Shown here piece after piece: positions 28,660 to 37,806 of a stretch of DNA of 40,000 nucleotides. Position 1 is the first letter of the stretch. Every line of letters starts with the position of its first letter. The DNA lies in assembly GCA_002783265.1 (NCBI GenBank), contig PFFG01000006.1, positions 148,159-188,158 of the forward strand. Reading direction: 5' to 3'. Source of the stretch: Candidatus Gracilibacteria bacterium CG17_big_fil_post_rev_8_21_14_2_50_48_13. GTDB lineage: Bacteria; Patescibacteriota; Gracilibacteria; 1-14-2-50-48-13. Both the position numbers and the translations under genes were made by a program. The notes beneath the pieces are model-generated. The model had not been told where the DNA came from, did not search any database, and worked only from the letters and a program-made list of their open reading frames with translations.

Positions 28660-29406
28660 ATGATTCCACAGTTTTCTTCACTAGAACAATCCGCGCAAAT
28701 TCCCTTGAATAAAGACTTTGCGCAGCTCTGCAGTAGTATCGCAGAAGATTTTGAATATGAGTTTATTCGCTCCGCCTGGGGAGTAGTTGAAAACCCTGCC
28801 TTCGCAAGGGAATGGTTGCAACGACGCATGGAAGTTGTATTCAAGATGCCGGAGCGCCCCCTCAGTTTTTATCAGGAATTATTTGCTCTGCTTTTTGCTC
28901 ACATTGAACGGAAAAAAACATACTTGACGCAGGAGGATATTGCGCAGTACATCACCCACATATCGAGCAACTACGTATCTCCTCCAGTACGCAGTGCCGA
29001 CGTTATTGCATTTTTCCAAAAAAGCATACAAAAATCTGTTTTGATGCCTAATGTTGTTGAAACCACGACACTTCCTGATGTGGTGAAACAGAAGTGGTCC
29101 GATTGGCTTACCCTGACCCCAGATCAGTATGCGCATGCATATCATGCGGTCATCTTGCTCTGGAAATCGATCCGGAATTTTTGTACCACGATAGAAATTG
29201 ATCCGGACGTGGGGCGGATGCTATTCCCCGCGGGCTATAGTCAAGGAATGACGATCCCCTTCCCGCTGCGGATCCTTGAAATCTTGGTGCAACAAGCCGA
29301 GCGCCACCCCGATGTTCTCAAACTCGATAAGGCAAAAAGGCGACGACTCTACGAAAATCTCGATGAGTTACGACGCATTCTGAGCTTTGCGCACGAAAAA
29401 GTATAA
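28660..29406 (+). CDS. Hypothetical protein (248 aa)
   Basis: The ATG at 28660 (MIPQFSSLEQ) is the first start clear of the tRNA. No family recognised. Confidence 0.5.
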   Translation: MIPQFSSLEQSAQIPLNKDFAQLCSSIAEDFEYEFIRSAWGVVENPAFAREWLQRRMEVVFKMPERPLSFYQELFALLFAHIERKKTYLTQEDIAQYITHISSNYVSPPVRSADVIAFFQKSIQKSVLMPNVVETTTLPDVVKQKWSDWLTLTPDQYAHAYHAVILLWKSIRNFCTTIEIDPDVGRMLFPAGYSQGMTIPFPLRILEILVQQAERHPDVLKLDKAKRRRLYENLDELRRILSFAHEKV

Positions 29407-29448
29407 GTCTGCACCGATAGACAAACAATATATTTTTTCACCATATCA

Positions 29449-30156
29449 ATGAACCTCACTCTATCCTCTTTTATCGCCGTCGTGGTGAGCTCTGTTTTTC
29501 TGCTCACGGGTTGTATCCCTCCCTCGCAAACCAACCTCAATAAAACGACATCATCACCAGAAACAGCCTCAGGATATGTTATTGATCCTAGCGATTTCTT
29601 AAGTACACCCCAATTGCTTGAAGGTGCTCAAACAGGAGAAGTATCTGATAAGGTCGTAGAAGGAATGCTTCGCATGCGTGAAGAAGAAAAACTCGCACGT
29701 GACGTTTACACAACACTTGGAAATCAGTGGAACCTGAACATTTTCACGAATATAGCATCGTCTGAACAAACTCATATGGATGCGATGGAAGGGCTACTCA
29801 AGCTCTTTTCCATAGAAGATCCTGTCCACAACACGGATACTGGAGCGTTTACCTCTCCAGAAATGCGCGAGCTGTACCAGACGCTGACAACCAAAGGTAG
29901 TACTTCTGTTCTTGATGCACTCATGGTGGGTGCAACTATCGAAGATCTGGATTTATATGATCTTAACGGATTGATGCTTCTAACGACGAATCCCGATATT
30001 CTCCGCGTGTACCAAAACCTTGCAAAGGGGTCTCGCAACCACCTCCGAGCTTTCCAGCGTCAAATTATGCAACAAGGTGGTAGCTACACGCCGCAGTACA
30101 TTTCAAAAGAGGATTTTGAACAGATCCTCCAAAGTGCTCAGGAACGAGGAAGATAA
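29449..30156 (+). CDS. DUF2202 (ferritin-like superfamily) lipoprotein
   Basis: Lipobox VFLLTGC. MREEEKLARDVYTTLGNQWNLNIFTNIASSEQTHMDAM...GATIEDLDLYDL...LAKGSRNHLRAF matches the DUF2202 signature. Confidence 0.8.
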   Translation: MNLTLSSFIAVVVSSVFLLTGCIPPSQTNLNKTTSSPETASGYVIDPSDFLSTPQLLEGAQTGEVSDKVVEGMLRMREEEKLARDVYTTLGNQWNLNIFTNIASSEQTHMDAMEGLLKLFSIEDPVHNTDTGAFTSPEMRELYQTLTTKGSTSVLDALMVGATIEDLDLYDLNGLMLLTTNPDILRVYQNLAKGSRNHLRAFQRQIMQQGGSYTPQYISKEDFEQILQSAQERGR

Positions 30157-30172
30157 GGAATCCTTGCAGAAT

Positions 30173-30194
30173 AAAAGCCCCGATTGGGGCTTTT
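30173..30194. terminator. Bidirectional intrinsic terminator between convergent genes
   Basis: Stem aaaagcccc (30173-30181), loop gatt, stem ggggctttt (30186-30194). T-rich sequence follows on both strands. Confidence 0.65.
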
Positions 30195-30200
30195 ATCTTT

Positions 30201-32033
30201 CTACAAATCGTCAGGTGCACCACCGGGGCGCGTTGGATAGCCTCCGCCACGGCGATTGCCGCCACGAAATCCTCCTCCACCTCCACGCGGACCGCGTGAG
30301 CCACGATCACCTCCTCCGCTTCCACCTCGATAGCCAGATCGCGAACCACGACCACCACCACGTCCACCGAATCGACCGCGAGAGCCGCCGCGCTCAAAAC
30401 GAGGTGCCATGGGCGCTGCTTCTGTGACCAACACGGGTTCACCGTTGAATTTTGCCGTTCGAAAGGCGCCAATAACTGCGCCCGCACGCGCTGCCTCCAA
30501 TTGAAATGTTGTAGTGCCACCTGCAAGTTCAATGCGCCCAATTTCACTTCCCTTGAGTTCGCGACTTGCATTAATCATGCCAAACAAATCTTGTTTGGTG
30601 AAATTATGCTGACGTCCAACATTGAGCTGAAAGGTTGCAAAGGCAATGCCACTATTCTCACGACGATCGCGACTTTCCATGCCACGGCTATCCACATTGA
30701 TATCATCAGCAAACTTGTACTTTTCGAGAAAGTGCCCCCACTTCTCGGAAACAATATGGGCAACCAGCGTTTCCTTGGAGATATCTTTGAGTTGTTCCAG
30801 AACTTCCGGTACATGCTCCATGACTGCTCTTTCTACCTCTGGGGCTTCTAAAATTTTCTGTGCAACAGCGAGAAGCTGACGAGCACAAATATCCTTCGCA
30901 GAAGGAATCGGCTGCTGGGTAAATTTTTTGCCGATCATATGCTCCAGACGGCGAATCACCCCATGCTCGCGCATGTTGATGATGGCAATGGACACTCCGC
31001 TTTTGTCTGCACGACCCGTACGACCACTGCGGTGTACATAGGATTCCAGCTGATCAGGGAGATTGTAGTTGATAACGTGTGTCAGATCATTGACGTCGAT
31101 ACCACGAGCAGCAACATCCGTCGCCACCAAAAACTGAATTCGACGCTTGCGAAAACGGCTCATAACGTAATCGCGCTGACTCTGCTCAAGTTCGCCGTGA
31201 ATTGCTTCAGCAGCATAACGATCGCTTCCCAGTTTGTCCGCAACTTCCTGACACTCACGACGTGTACGGCAGAAAATAATGCCATACATCTCTGGATGAG
31301 CATCGATAATGCGTCGAAGTGCCTCGTATCGATCACGGGCATGGGCGACAAAATAGACATGTTCTACCTTGTCGGCACTCTGATTGCGCCCACCCACATT
31401 GATTTGTTGCGCATCGTTCATGTATTGCTTGGCAATACGCTCAATTTCTGGAAGCATGGTTGCAGAAAAGAGCAGTGTTTGACGCGTCGGAGGTGTAGTC
31501 GCCAAAATGGTATCAAGGTCATCCTTGAAACCCATATTTAGCATTTCATCTGCCTCATCGAGGACAAGCGTACTAATTTGACGCACATCAAGCACTTTGC
31601 GTGTCAGAAGGTCGACGGCACGACCAGGGGTTGCTACAACAATGTGCGCACCATTTTTGAGGGCACGAATCTGTACATCAGCGCGGGCACCACCGTACAC
31701 CGTAACCACCTTGAGCCCCTTCATCTTCGCGCCAAAGTTCATAAGATCTTTGGTAATCTGCAAAGCAAGTTCACGTGTTGGAGACAAAATCAGTGCCTGC
31801 ACATGAGAGCGCGTCAGATCGAGTTTATGTAAAATAGGCAGACTAAAGGCTGCCGTTTTCCCTGTTCCCGTCTGAGCCAGAGCGATGAGATCGCGTGAGT
31901 TTTCGAGCAAAAAAGGGATCGCCTTTGCCTGAATAGGCGACGGCTTTGTAAAGTTCATGGCGCTAAGCGCCTCCAGGATTGATGGTGCAAGTCCGCTGTC
32001 CGCGAACGTCTCCATCTCTTGTAAATCTCGCAT
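30201..32033 (-). CDS. DEAD-box ATP-dependent RNA helicase (DeaD/CshA-like) with DbpA-type RNA-binding domain and RGG-rich tail
   Basis: Q motif, AQTGTGKT, VLDEADEMLNMGF, SAT, HRSGRTGRA. The C-terminus is RGGSRGRFGGRGGGRGSRSGYRGGSGGGDRGSRGPRGGGGGFRGGNRRGGG. Confidence 0.9.
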   Translation of the reverse strand: MRDLQEMETFADSGLAPSILEALSAMNFTKPSPIQAKAIPFLLENSRDLIALAQTGTGKTAAFSLPILHKLDLTRSHVQALILSPTRELALQITKDLMNFGAKMKGLKVVTVYGGARADVQIRALKNGAHIVVATPGRAVDLLTRKVLDVRQISTLVLDEADEMLNMGFKDDLDTILATTPPTRQTLLFSATMLPEIERIAKQYMNDAQQINVGGRNQSADKVEHVYFVAHARDRYEALRRIIDAHPEMYGIIFCRTRRECQEVADKLGSDRYAAEAIHGELEQSQRDYVMSRFRKRRIQFLVATDVAARGIDVNDLTHVINYNLPDQLESYVHRSGRTGRADKSGVSIAIINMREHGVIRRLEHMIGKKFTQQPIPSAKDICARQLLAVAQKILEAPEVERAVMEHVPEVLEQLKDISKETLVAHIVSEKWGHFLEKYKFADDINVDSRGMESRDRRENSGIAFATFQLNVGRQHNFTKQDLFGMINASRELKGSEIGRIELAGGTTTFQLEAARAGAVIGAFRTAKFNGEPVLVTEAAPMAPRFERGGSRGRFGGRGGGRGSRSGYRGGSGGGDRGSRGPRGGGGGFRGGNRRGGGYPTRPGGAPDDL

Positions 32034-32124
32034 GTATATTATTACTATATGGACAATTCACCCTAACAAAAAAAGAAGCAATTGCAAGGAATAAACTTAT
32101 TTCACAAAACGTAAATTTATTTCG

Positions 32125-33129
32125 TCAACCAGCAGCGCGTCGCTGCCGTTCAAAAAGAGCGCGACCGAGACCGGAGGTTTTCGACCAAGTAGAACAGTAT
32201 ATCTGCTCCGCCCCCATGGCATCTGCTTCACGAAGAAGATGAAAAAATCGCTGCGCAGCAACTTCAGGATGGGCCCAGGGACCACCATCCAGTACGGGCA
32301 TATTCCCTGCTTCCCCCACTATTTCTGATGCGAGAATACACACGACCTTGCCACCTTTTGCGAAGCGAAGCTGCGCTTTTTGCTCTGCAAGCGTGCCCTC
32401 AAGCAGCACAAGTCTACCCTTTGGCGCATAGTGTTTGTGCGTGAGCCCGGGAGAAATAGTCATGCCCGCTTCGAGCGTCTCCACTAATCGTATAGGAAGA
32501 AAGGGCGCGAGTTCCTCCAAGGAAATGGCCCCTTCCCGTACCAGCAGTGCTTCCCCGCCTTCCTCCAATGGCGTCAGATCAACAATCGTAGATTCCACTC
32601 CAAGGCTTGTGGGACCGCCATCGACGATCAGGCGAAGTGATGTCCCTGTAAAGTCCTCCGCAATATGACTTGCGCGTGTGCCGCTCGGTCGACCGGATCT
32701 GTTTGCCGAAGGCGCTGCTAAGGGCTTATCCAATGCGCCAATGAGACCTAACATGGTTTCGTGACGAGGCATACGAAAACCGATTTTTCCTGTCCCTGCA
32801 CGCACAGACGGGGCAATTCCCTCGCCCTCCCGCACAATAAGCGTCAAGGGGCCTGGCCAAAAAGCCTCAGCTAGAGTGTGCATAATAGATGGAATCGGCG
32901 CATACCGTGCCGCCATGGCGACACTCTGCACATGACAGATCAGTGGATTATCTTGCGGGCGGCCCTTTGCCAAAAAAATTTTTGCCACCGCATCCTCCCG
33001 TGTTGCATCCGCGGCAAGTCCGTAGACAGTTTCCGTGGGGAGTGCCACAATTTCGCCAGACCGAAGCAAAGATAGTGCGTCTTCAAAAACTCCCGGCGTA
33101 TCTATTGTGCGAAGAATGGGTTGGGCCAT
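32125..33129 (-). CDS. tsaC: L-threonylcarbamoyladenylate synthase, Sua5 type (YrdC domain plus Sua5 C-terminal domain)
   Basis: LPTETVYGLAADA, KGRPQDNPLICHV, PSANRSGRPS, and a ~120-aa Sua5-type C-terminal extension. Confidence 0.9.
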   Translation of the reverse strand: MAQPILRTIDTPGVFEDALSLLRSGEIVALPTETVYGLAADATREDAVAKIFLAKGRPQDNPLICHVQSVAMAARYAPIPSIMHTLAEAFWPGPLTLIVREGEGIAPSVRAGTGKIGFRMPRHETMLGLIGALDKPLAAPSANRSGRPSGTRASHIAEDFTGTSLRLIVDGGPTSLGVESTIVDLTPLEEGGEALLVREGAISLEELAPFLPIRLVETLEAGMTISPGLTHKHYAPKGRLVLLEGTLAEQKAQLRFAKGGKVVCILASEIVGEAGNMPVLDGGPWAHPEVAAQRFFHLLREADAMGAEQIYCSTWSKTSGLGRALFERQRRAAG

Positions 33130-33138
33130 GGGAAAGAG

Positions 33139-34506
33139 TTACGCGCCTCTGCGTTTACAAAACACAAAACTGGTAAAGTTGTCACGATCGTCGTTGAGAC
33201 CTTCATAAGCAATTGTGAGCCCATACTTTTCTGCCGCGATCTTGGAGGCAATCACCACCGTGTCGTCAGGCAGTAAGCCCGCTCCCAGTTGGGACGCACA
33301 AGCGGCCGTATCATAGTCATCGCTTAAGTAATCCCAGGTAAGGTTTGGGAATTCACGGGCAATGGTCTCGGCACACTGCAAGATTGCTTGCGGGTGCGTG
33401 ACGATCTTTTTCGCGGTATGAGGATCCTGTCCAGGCCGTGTTAAAAGACACTGTACAAGCGGCATGTCGTGTACCTCAATAATTTCATGAGGATACTTAC
33501 TCATGGAGTAAATGCTCGGCAGCACCGTCCCACTTGCAGAGTTTTCGATGGCAAACACCCCAAAATCAATGTCGCCATTATTGAGTGCCGCAAGCACCGA
33601 TTCGGAGGTAATGAGAAACTGAATATCCGGATGCGGCAGCGCATATTTTTCAATGAGTTCCAGGGCAGCTGCATGGTTAAAACTGCCACTTCCCCCCTGA
33701 ATACCGATCAAGGTTGTACTTCGCCCCACCTTAGCACGCTCAAAAAGACTATTTTTTACTTCGCGCAGCGCGTCTTCGAGACGTGCCAGTTGTTCTCTTG
33801 CCGTTGGATTATAGGAATACAAACCGTAATAGAGATCAAAACTATCGTTCGTTGTGTTGGTGACGAGATTCAACAATTGTTCATATCCCTTTGTGTTAAT
33901 GGGAGTTTCCTTGAGATCCAGCTTCCCGAGCATGCGCCCCGTGGTGTGCGTGACAAATTGCGAACTCGCCGCGTACACATCGTGCTTTTCACAGGTCATT
34001 TCCATCATAGAACAACCTTCCTCTGCAAAAAAACCAAGAAATGCATCGCATACACCGATATTCCGAATACGCACTTTTTCATACATAAACGTCAGCCCCT
34101 CCCAGGACTCTTTTCCACTGTCCGGACCAAACATAGGGTGCGTACACAAAATATCACACGCCCCAGGCAGTACACGGCGTAAAAACTCCTTCGGATACGC
34201 TTTGACTGACAAGACATCCACCACAAGCGCACCATGCAGTTTTTGAAGGGGAAGGCCCTGCACAACCTGCGCAAAAGAGACGATGCTCATGGAAAGAATC
34301 ACCACGTCGCACCCCGCATCACAAAGATCTGCAACATCGTGATAAAAGGTTGCCCCCATCTGCATTGCTACTACCTCTTCCGGATCCTTGGACCAGCAAC
34401 TGACCTGATGGCCAGCACGAAGAAAACGCTGCGCGAGAAACTGACCAAAATGTCCAAAGCCAATAATTCCAATATGCATAACATGGGGCGAAAATAACGC
34501 GCGCAT
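33139..34506 (-). CDS. Fusion of prephenate/arogenate dehydrogenase (TyrA) with a prephenate dehydratase (PDT) domain; no ACT domain
   Basis: N-terminal half: MHIGIIGFGHFGQFLAQRF (GxGxxG) and CTHPMFGP, typical of TyrA. C-terminal half: IGIQGGSGSFNHAAA...DFGVFAIENSASGTV...THPQAILQC...DNFTSFVF, typical of PDT. The start is ambiguous (GTG 34578, ATG 34506, ATG 34479). Confidence 0.75.
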   Translation of the reverse strand: MRALFSPHVMHIGIIGFGHFGQFLAQRFLRAGHQVSCWSKDPEEVVAMQMGATFYHDVADLCDAGCDVVILSMSIVSFAQVVQGLPLQKLHGALVVDVLSVKAYPKEFLRRVLPGACDILCTHPMFGPDSGKESWEGLTFMYEKVRIRNIGVCDAFLGFFAEEGCSMMEMTCEKHDVYAASSQFVTHTTGRMLGKLDLKETPINTKGYEQLLNLVTNTTNDSFDLYYGLYSYNPTAREQLARLEDALREVKNSLFERAKVGRSTTLIGIQGGSGSFNHAAALELIEKYALPHPDIQFLITSESVLAALNNGDIDFGVFAIENSASGTVLPSIYSMSKYPHEIIEVHDMPLVQCLLTRPGQDPHTAKKIVTHPQAILQCAETIAREFPNLTWDYLSDDYDTAACASQLGAGLLPDDTVVIASKIAAEKYGLTIAYEGLNDDRDNFTSFVFCKRRGA

Positions 34507-34610
34507 TGTAGCGCGAAGTCGCTCACAATCAAAGAAAATTGAGATAAAGTACGCTTTACTGGAATATTCCTTCCCCACTCCTACAATGAAGACATACTCA
34601 CCAGCACACT

Positions 34611-35294
34611 ATGAAACTTCGTCACGACATTCAACTTTCCATCCTACAGCACTTGCTGTTTCACCCGCAAAGTCGTTTTAGCGACATGAAACCACAGAAG
34701 ATGGAAGGCAGTAAGTTTACCTTTCATTTGGATATGCTGATACAAGAAGGACTTGTAGAAAAAGACCCTGATGGTCGCTATATCCTCAGTAGAAAAGGAA
34801 AAGAGGAGGCAAATCGACATGATCGGGATGCAGAATCGCCTCGCGTGCAAGCAAAGGTTTCCGCCGTATTTTGCCTGCAGAATGCGGAAGGACAGTGGCT
34901 GGTATACACGCGAAAAAAAGAACCCTATTTTAACAGTATCGGCTTCCCTACCGGCAAAGTGCAACTTGGAGAAACCTATGCAGACGCAGCGGAGCGTGAA
35001 CTTCTGGAAGAAACGGGCCTCGTCGCAAAGGCATCCCTCCGCGGTATACTGCATGTGCATGTCTATGACGAAAACACAAAGGAGCTGCTCGAAGATAAAT
35101 TGTTTGGCGTTTGCCTGATGGGGGAACATCATGGACGCCTGTCCCCTTCTGAGGAAGGCGAATTTTTCTGGAGTACCCTGGAAGATCTACAGAAAAAGAA
35201 CCCTTTACTGCCGGAAACCAACGCGCTCGTACAGCTAATTCAAACAAAAGAACCCTTTATACAAGAAATCTCGCTTTCCACGACTACCTTCTAA
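34611..35294 (+). CDS. Nudix hydrolase with an N-terminal winged-helix domain
   Basis: wHTH-like ILQHLLFHPQSRFSDM...LDMLIQEGLVEKDPDGRYILSRKG. Nudix box GKVQLGETYADAAERELLEETGL (GX5EX7REUXEEXGU). Confidence 0.8.
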   Translation: MKLRHDIQLSILQHLLFHPQSRFSDMKPQKMEGSKFTFHLDMLIQEGLVEKDPDGRYILSRKGKEEANRHDRDAESPRVQAKVSAVFCLQNAEGQWLVYTRKKEPYFNSIGFPTGKVQLGETYADAAERELLEETGLVAKASLRGILHVHVYDENTKELLEDKLFGVCLMGEHHGRLSPSEEGEFFWSTLEDLQKKNPLLPETNALVQLIQTKEPFIQEISLSTTTF

Positions 35295-35304
35295 ATTTTT
35301 TTCC

Positions 35305-36294
35305 ATGCTTCAACCACAAGAATTCTGGACCCCAGACACTCTGAAAACGACCATCAAAACTCTTGATTACAGTGCCATTGCGTGGGTCGTGCACCAGAAG
35401 ATTACGGCTCTGCTTCCGACCTTCCAACAAGAGCTGAAGGCTTCCCATGGTACGGAAGAACTCCTCAATAAAACGTATTCCTACGACGACAACGTGCAAA
35501 TTCAGTTCTTTTTTAATGTGGTGAATTTTGCGTACTGGGCTCCCCAAGGCGTAGAGAAATGGGCCTTCTCTGGCACAGGTGAAGACGGTAGCTATGGTCT
35601 ATATCATGCCTTTGAACAGCAAAAAGCGCACCTCGATTCCTGGGACGCCACCCGAATGGCGAATCTCACCATACATGAGTTCGATACACTGTTAGGTACA
35701 GATTTGTCGATCCCCATGAGGGAGGAGCGCCTATCTATGCTACAAAGTGCAGGCAAGGACTTGCTGCGCTGCACATCTAGCGGTCGAGCCTCTGAACTCA
35801 TAGAGCAAGCGGACCATTCTGCAACACGCCTGGTGCAGATACTCTGCGAAGAGTTTTCCTCCTACCAAGATTTATCAACGTGGCAGGGTAATGATCATCT
35901 TCCCTTCATGAAGCGGGCGCAGCTCTTTATAAAAGTGGTCAATGACGCAGGTATTCTGGCAGGCAAAGATCCTCTGCAGCATTTGGACGCACTGACGGCT
36001 TTTAGTGACTACAAAGTACCCCAGGTGCTCTTTGATCTTGGACTCATTCAATATGCACCAAGCCTTCGTGCACAGCTTGATTCCTGGACAGAACTCAACA
36101 AAAACAGTGACGAAGAAGTGGCAATTCGCATGGTGACCATCGAAGCGGTTGAAGCCATTCGTACGGCACTGTCAAAGATCGGTATAGAAACCAATGCCGC
36201 AGAAATAGACAGTATTCTTTGGCGACTGGGCACAAAAAAGAAAGAAGGCTCTGCCCCCTCTCTTTACCATAGAACACGAACCTCCGCTTATTAG
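35305..36294 (+). CDS. Queuosine-salvage protein family (DUF2419 / QNG1-like)
   Basis: FFFNVVNFAYW (family 'lNFcFW' motif) and AFSDYKVPQVLFDLGLIQY (family 'FADYRvPQvL..lGvl.Y' motif). The ~330-aa length fits. The gene begins 10 nt after the Nudix gene. Confidence 0.65.
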   Translation: MLQPQEFWTPDTLKTTIKTLDYSAIAWVVHQKITALLPTFQQELKASHGTEELLNKTYSYDDNVQIQFFFNVVNFAYWAPQGVEKWAFSGTGEDGSYGLYHAFEQQKAHLDSWDATRMANLTIHEFDTLLGTDLSIPMREERLSMLQSAGKDLLRCTSSGRASELIEQADHSATRLVQILCEEFSSYQDLSTWQGNDHLPFMKRAQLFIKVVNDAGILAGKDPLQHLDALTAFSDYKVPQVLFDLGLIQYAPSLRAQLDSWTELNKNSDEEVAIRMVTIEAVEAIRTALSKIGIETNAAEIDSILWRLGTKKKEGSAPSLYHRTRTSAY

Positions 36295-36851
36295 GGAATC
36301 AGAGCAAGTGGCGTGGTCGATTTCTCACCCTGGAATTCGACGAGTAAATCACCACGCACCGCAGAAGCTGGCAATTCGACGTAGATAGCCCCTTCCACAC
36401 TGTCTCCTGCAGCAAGTTGTTTCGACTGCAAAAAGTCGCGTGCATTCGATTGATTCACATAAAAGGAAAGCATACCCTGTGTGCCATTTTTTAGGCGAAC
36501 CACAATCTGATCATAGCGAAAGTTGGCATCCTGTGTGCCAATATTGGCAACCTTTACGCCCAATCGGACTATTTGCTTTCCTGACGCATCGGGCCTAACA
36601 AGAAGTTCTCCCTTGGGCAAATACCCAAAGGTAACATCAAGCAATGTGACCGCCATGAGACTCGCGCCTTCTTGCACATTGGTCGTGGTCAGCACCACTT
36701 CTTTTGTTCCCTGCTCTCTTGGCGACATCCAGGTACCTGATGCGGTTTGGCTTAACTCTGGCCCTGTGTGCGTAAAGAGCATGGCAGAGAGACCAATAAG
36801 CACGAGCAAAAGCAGGAGCGCTCCACCAACCATGTATTGTTTGACCGTCAT
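36291..36851 (-). CDS. Membrane-anchored extracellular protein, DUF4352-like beta-sandwich
   Basis: Anchor GGALLLLLVLIGLSAMLF. RLGVKVANIGTQDANFRYDQIVVRLKNGT...LAAGDSVEGAIYVELP follows the DUF4352 pattern. Assignment made by eye only. Confidence 0.5.
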   Translation of the reverse strand: MTVKQYMVGGALLLLLVLIGLSAMLFTHTGPELSQTASGTWMSPREQGTKEVVLTTTNVQEGASLMAVTLLDVTFGYLPKGELLVRPDASGKQIVRLGVKVANIGTQDANFRYDQIVVRLKNGTQGMLSFYVNQSNARDFLQSKQLAAGDSVEGAIYVELPASAVRGDLLVEFQGEKSTTPLALIP

Positions 36852-36952
36852 AGCAAAAAGGAAAAAATGAACACTGCAAGTATAGGGGTAAAAAGCTCTC
36901 GTGGGAAGAGCTGCCCTATGATATACTGAGGTGAATTCTTTATAACCACGTC

Positions 36953-37789
36953 ATGGGCCACCTGATCCAGAAAAGTACCGGTGAGGCAGAGCCGTTTAAC
37001 ATTGGTAAGCTCGCCATGTCCCTGGAGCGTGCCGGTGCTGCACCCGATATAGCCTGGAAGATTGCAGAAAGCGTCGCAAGAGAAAAGATGATGACCTCCA
37101 AGGACATCCATAAAGCGACTCTACATGCGAGTATTCGCCATGACCGCAAACTGGCCATTCGGTACAACCTGAAGCAGGCGCTTATGGACTTAGGCCCCTC
37201 TGGGTACCCCTTTGAAAAATATATGGCTGCGCTGATGCGCGCCTCTGGATACAAAGCCTCGAACAATCAGATTATTGATGGCAAATGTGTGCGCCATGAG
37301 ATTGATATCTATCTGGAAAAACCAGAAGAAAATATTGTGGGTATCGCCGAATGTAAGTTTCGTAACCAACCCGGAAGTAAGATTGATGTAAAAGTCCCCC
37401 TCTATTTTGATTCGCGTTTTCGTGATGTTATACACACCTTTGATAAACAATTTGGCGTTGGGAAACGTACCTATGAAGGATGGCTGATTACCAATACAAA
37501 GTTCACAGGAGATGCTATTGCCTATGGGAAATGTGCCGGGCTCCATCTTCTTGGATGGACGTTTCCCACGGAAAATAGTATTGCACGACTTATTGAACGT
37601 CATGGACTTATTCCCGTGACGGCACTCAGTTCCCTCACTTTCCGGCAAAAACGCCAGTTGCTCGATCGTGGCATCGTGATGTGTACGGAACTGAGCAATC
37701 ATATCGATTTCCTTCGTGATATTGGCGTGGGGCGCGCAACCGTTATGAAGATTCAAGAGGATATTGGCAGTCTCTGTAGACACAGGTAA
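36953..37789 (+). CDS. ATP-cone domain fused to a PD-(D/E)xK (Mrr-cat-like) nuclease domain
   Basis: N-terminus LIQKSTGEAEPFNIGKLAMSLERAGAAPDIAWKIAESV has the ATP-cone pattern (V.Krdg..e.F...Kl..sl). The core YPFEKYMAALMRASGYK...RHEIDIYLEK...VGIAECKF supplies the D...E.K nuclease triad. The C-terminus has an HhH-like LRDIGVGRATVMKI. Confidence 0.7.
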   Translation: MGHLIQKSTGEAEPFNIGKLAMSLERAGAAPDIAWKIAESVAREKMMTSKDIHKATLHASIRHDRKLAIRYNLKQALMDLGPSGYPFEKYMAALMRASGYKASNNQIIDGKCVRHEIDIYLEKPEENIVGIAECKFRNQPGSKIDVKVPLYFDSRFRDVIHTFDKQFGVGKRTYEGWLITNTKFTGDAIAYGKCAGLHLLGWTFPTENSIARLIERHGLIPVTALSSLTFRQKRQLLDRGIVMCTELSNHIDFLRDIGVGRATVMKIQEDIGSLCRHR

Positions 37790-37806
37790 ACTGGAAATAC
37801 CTTTTT

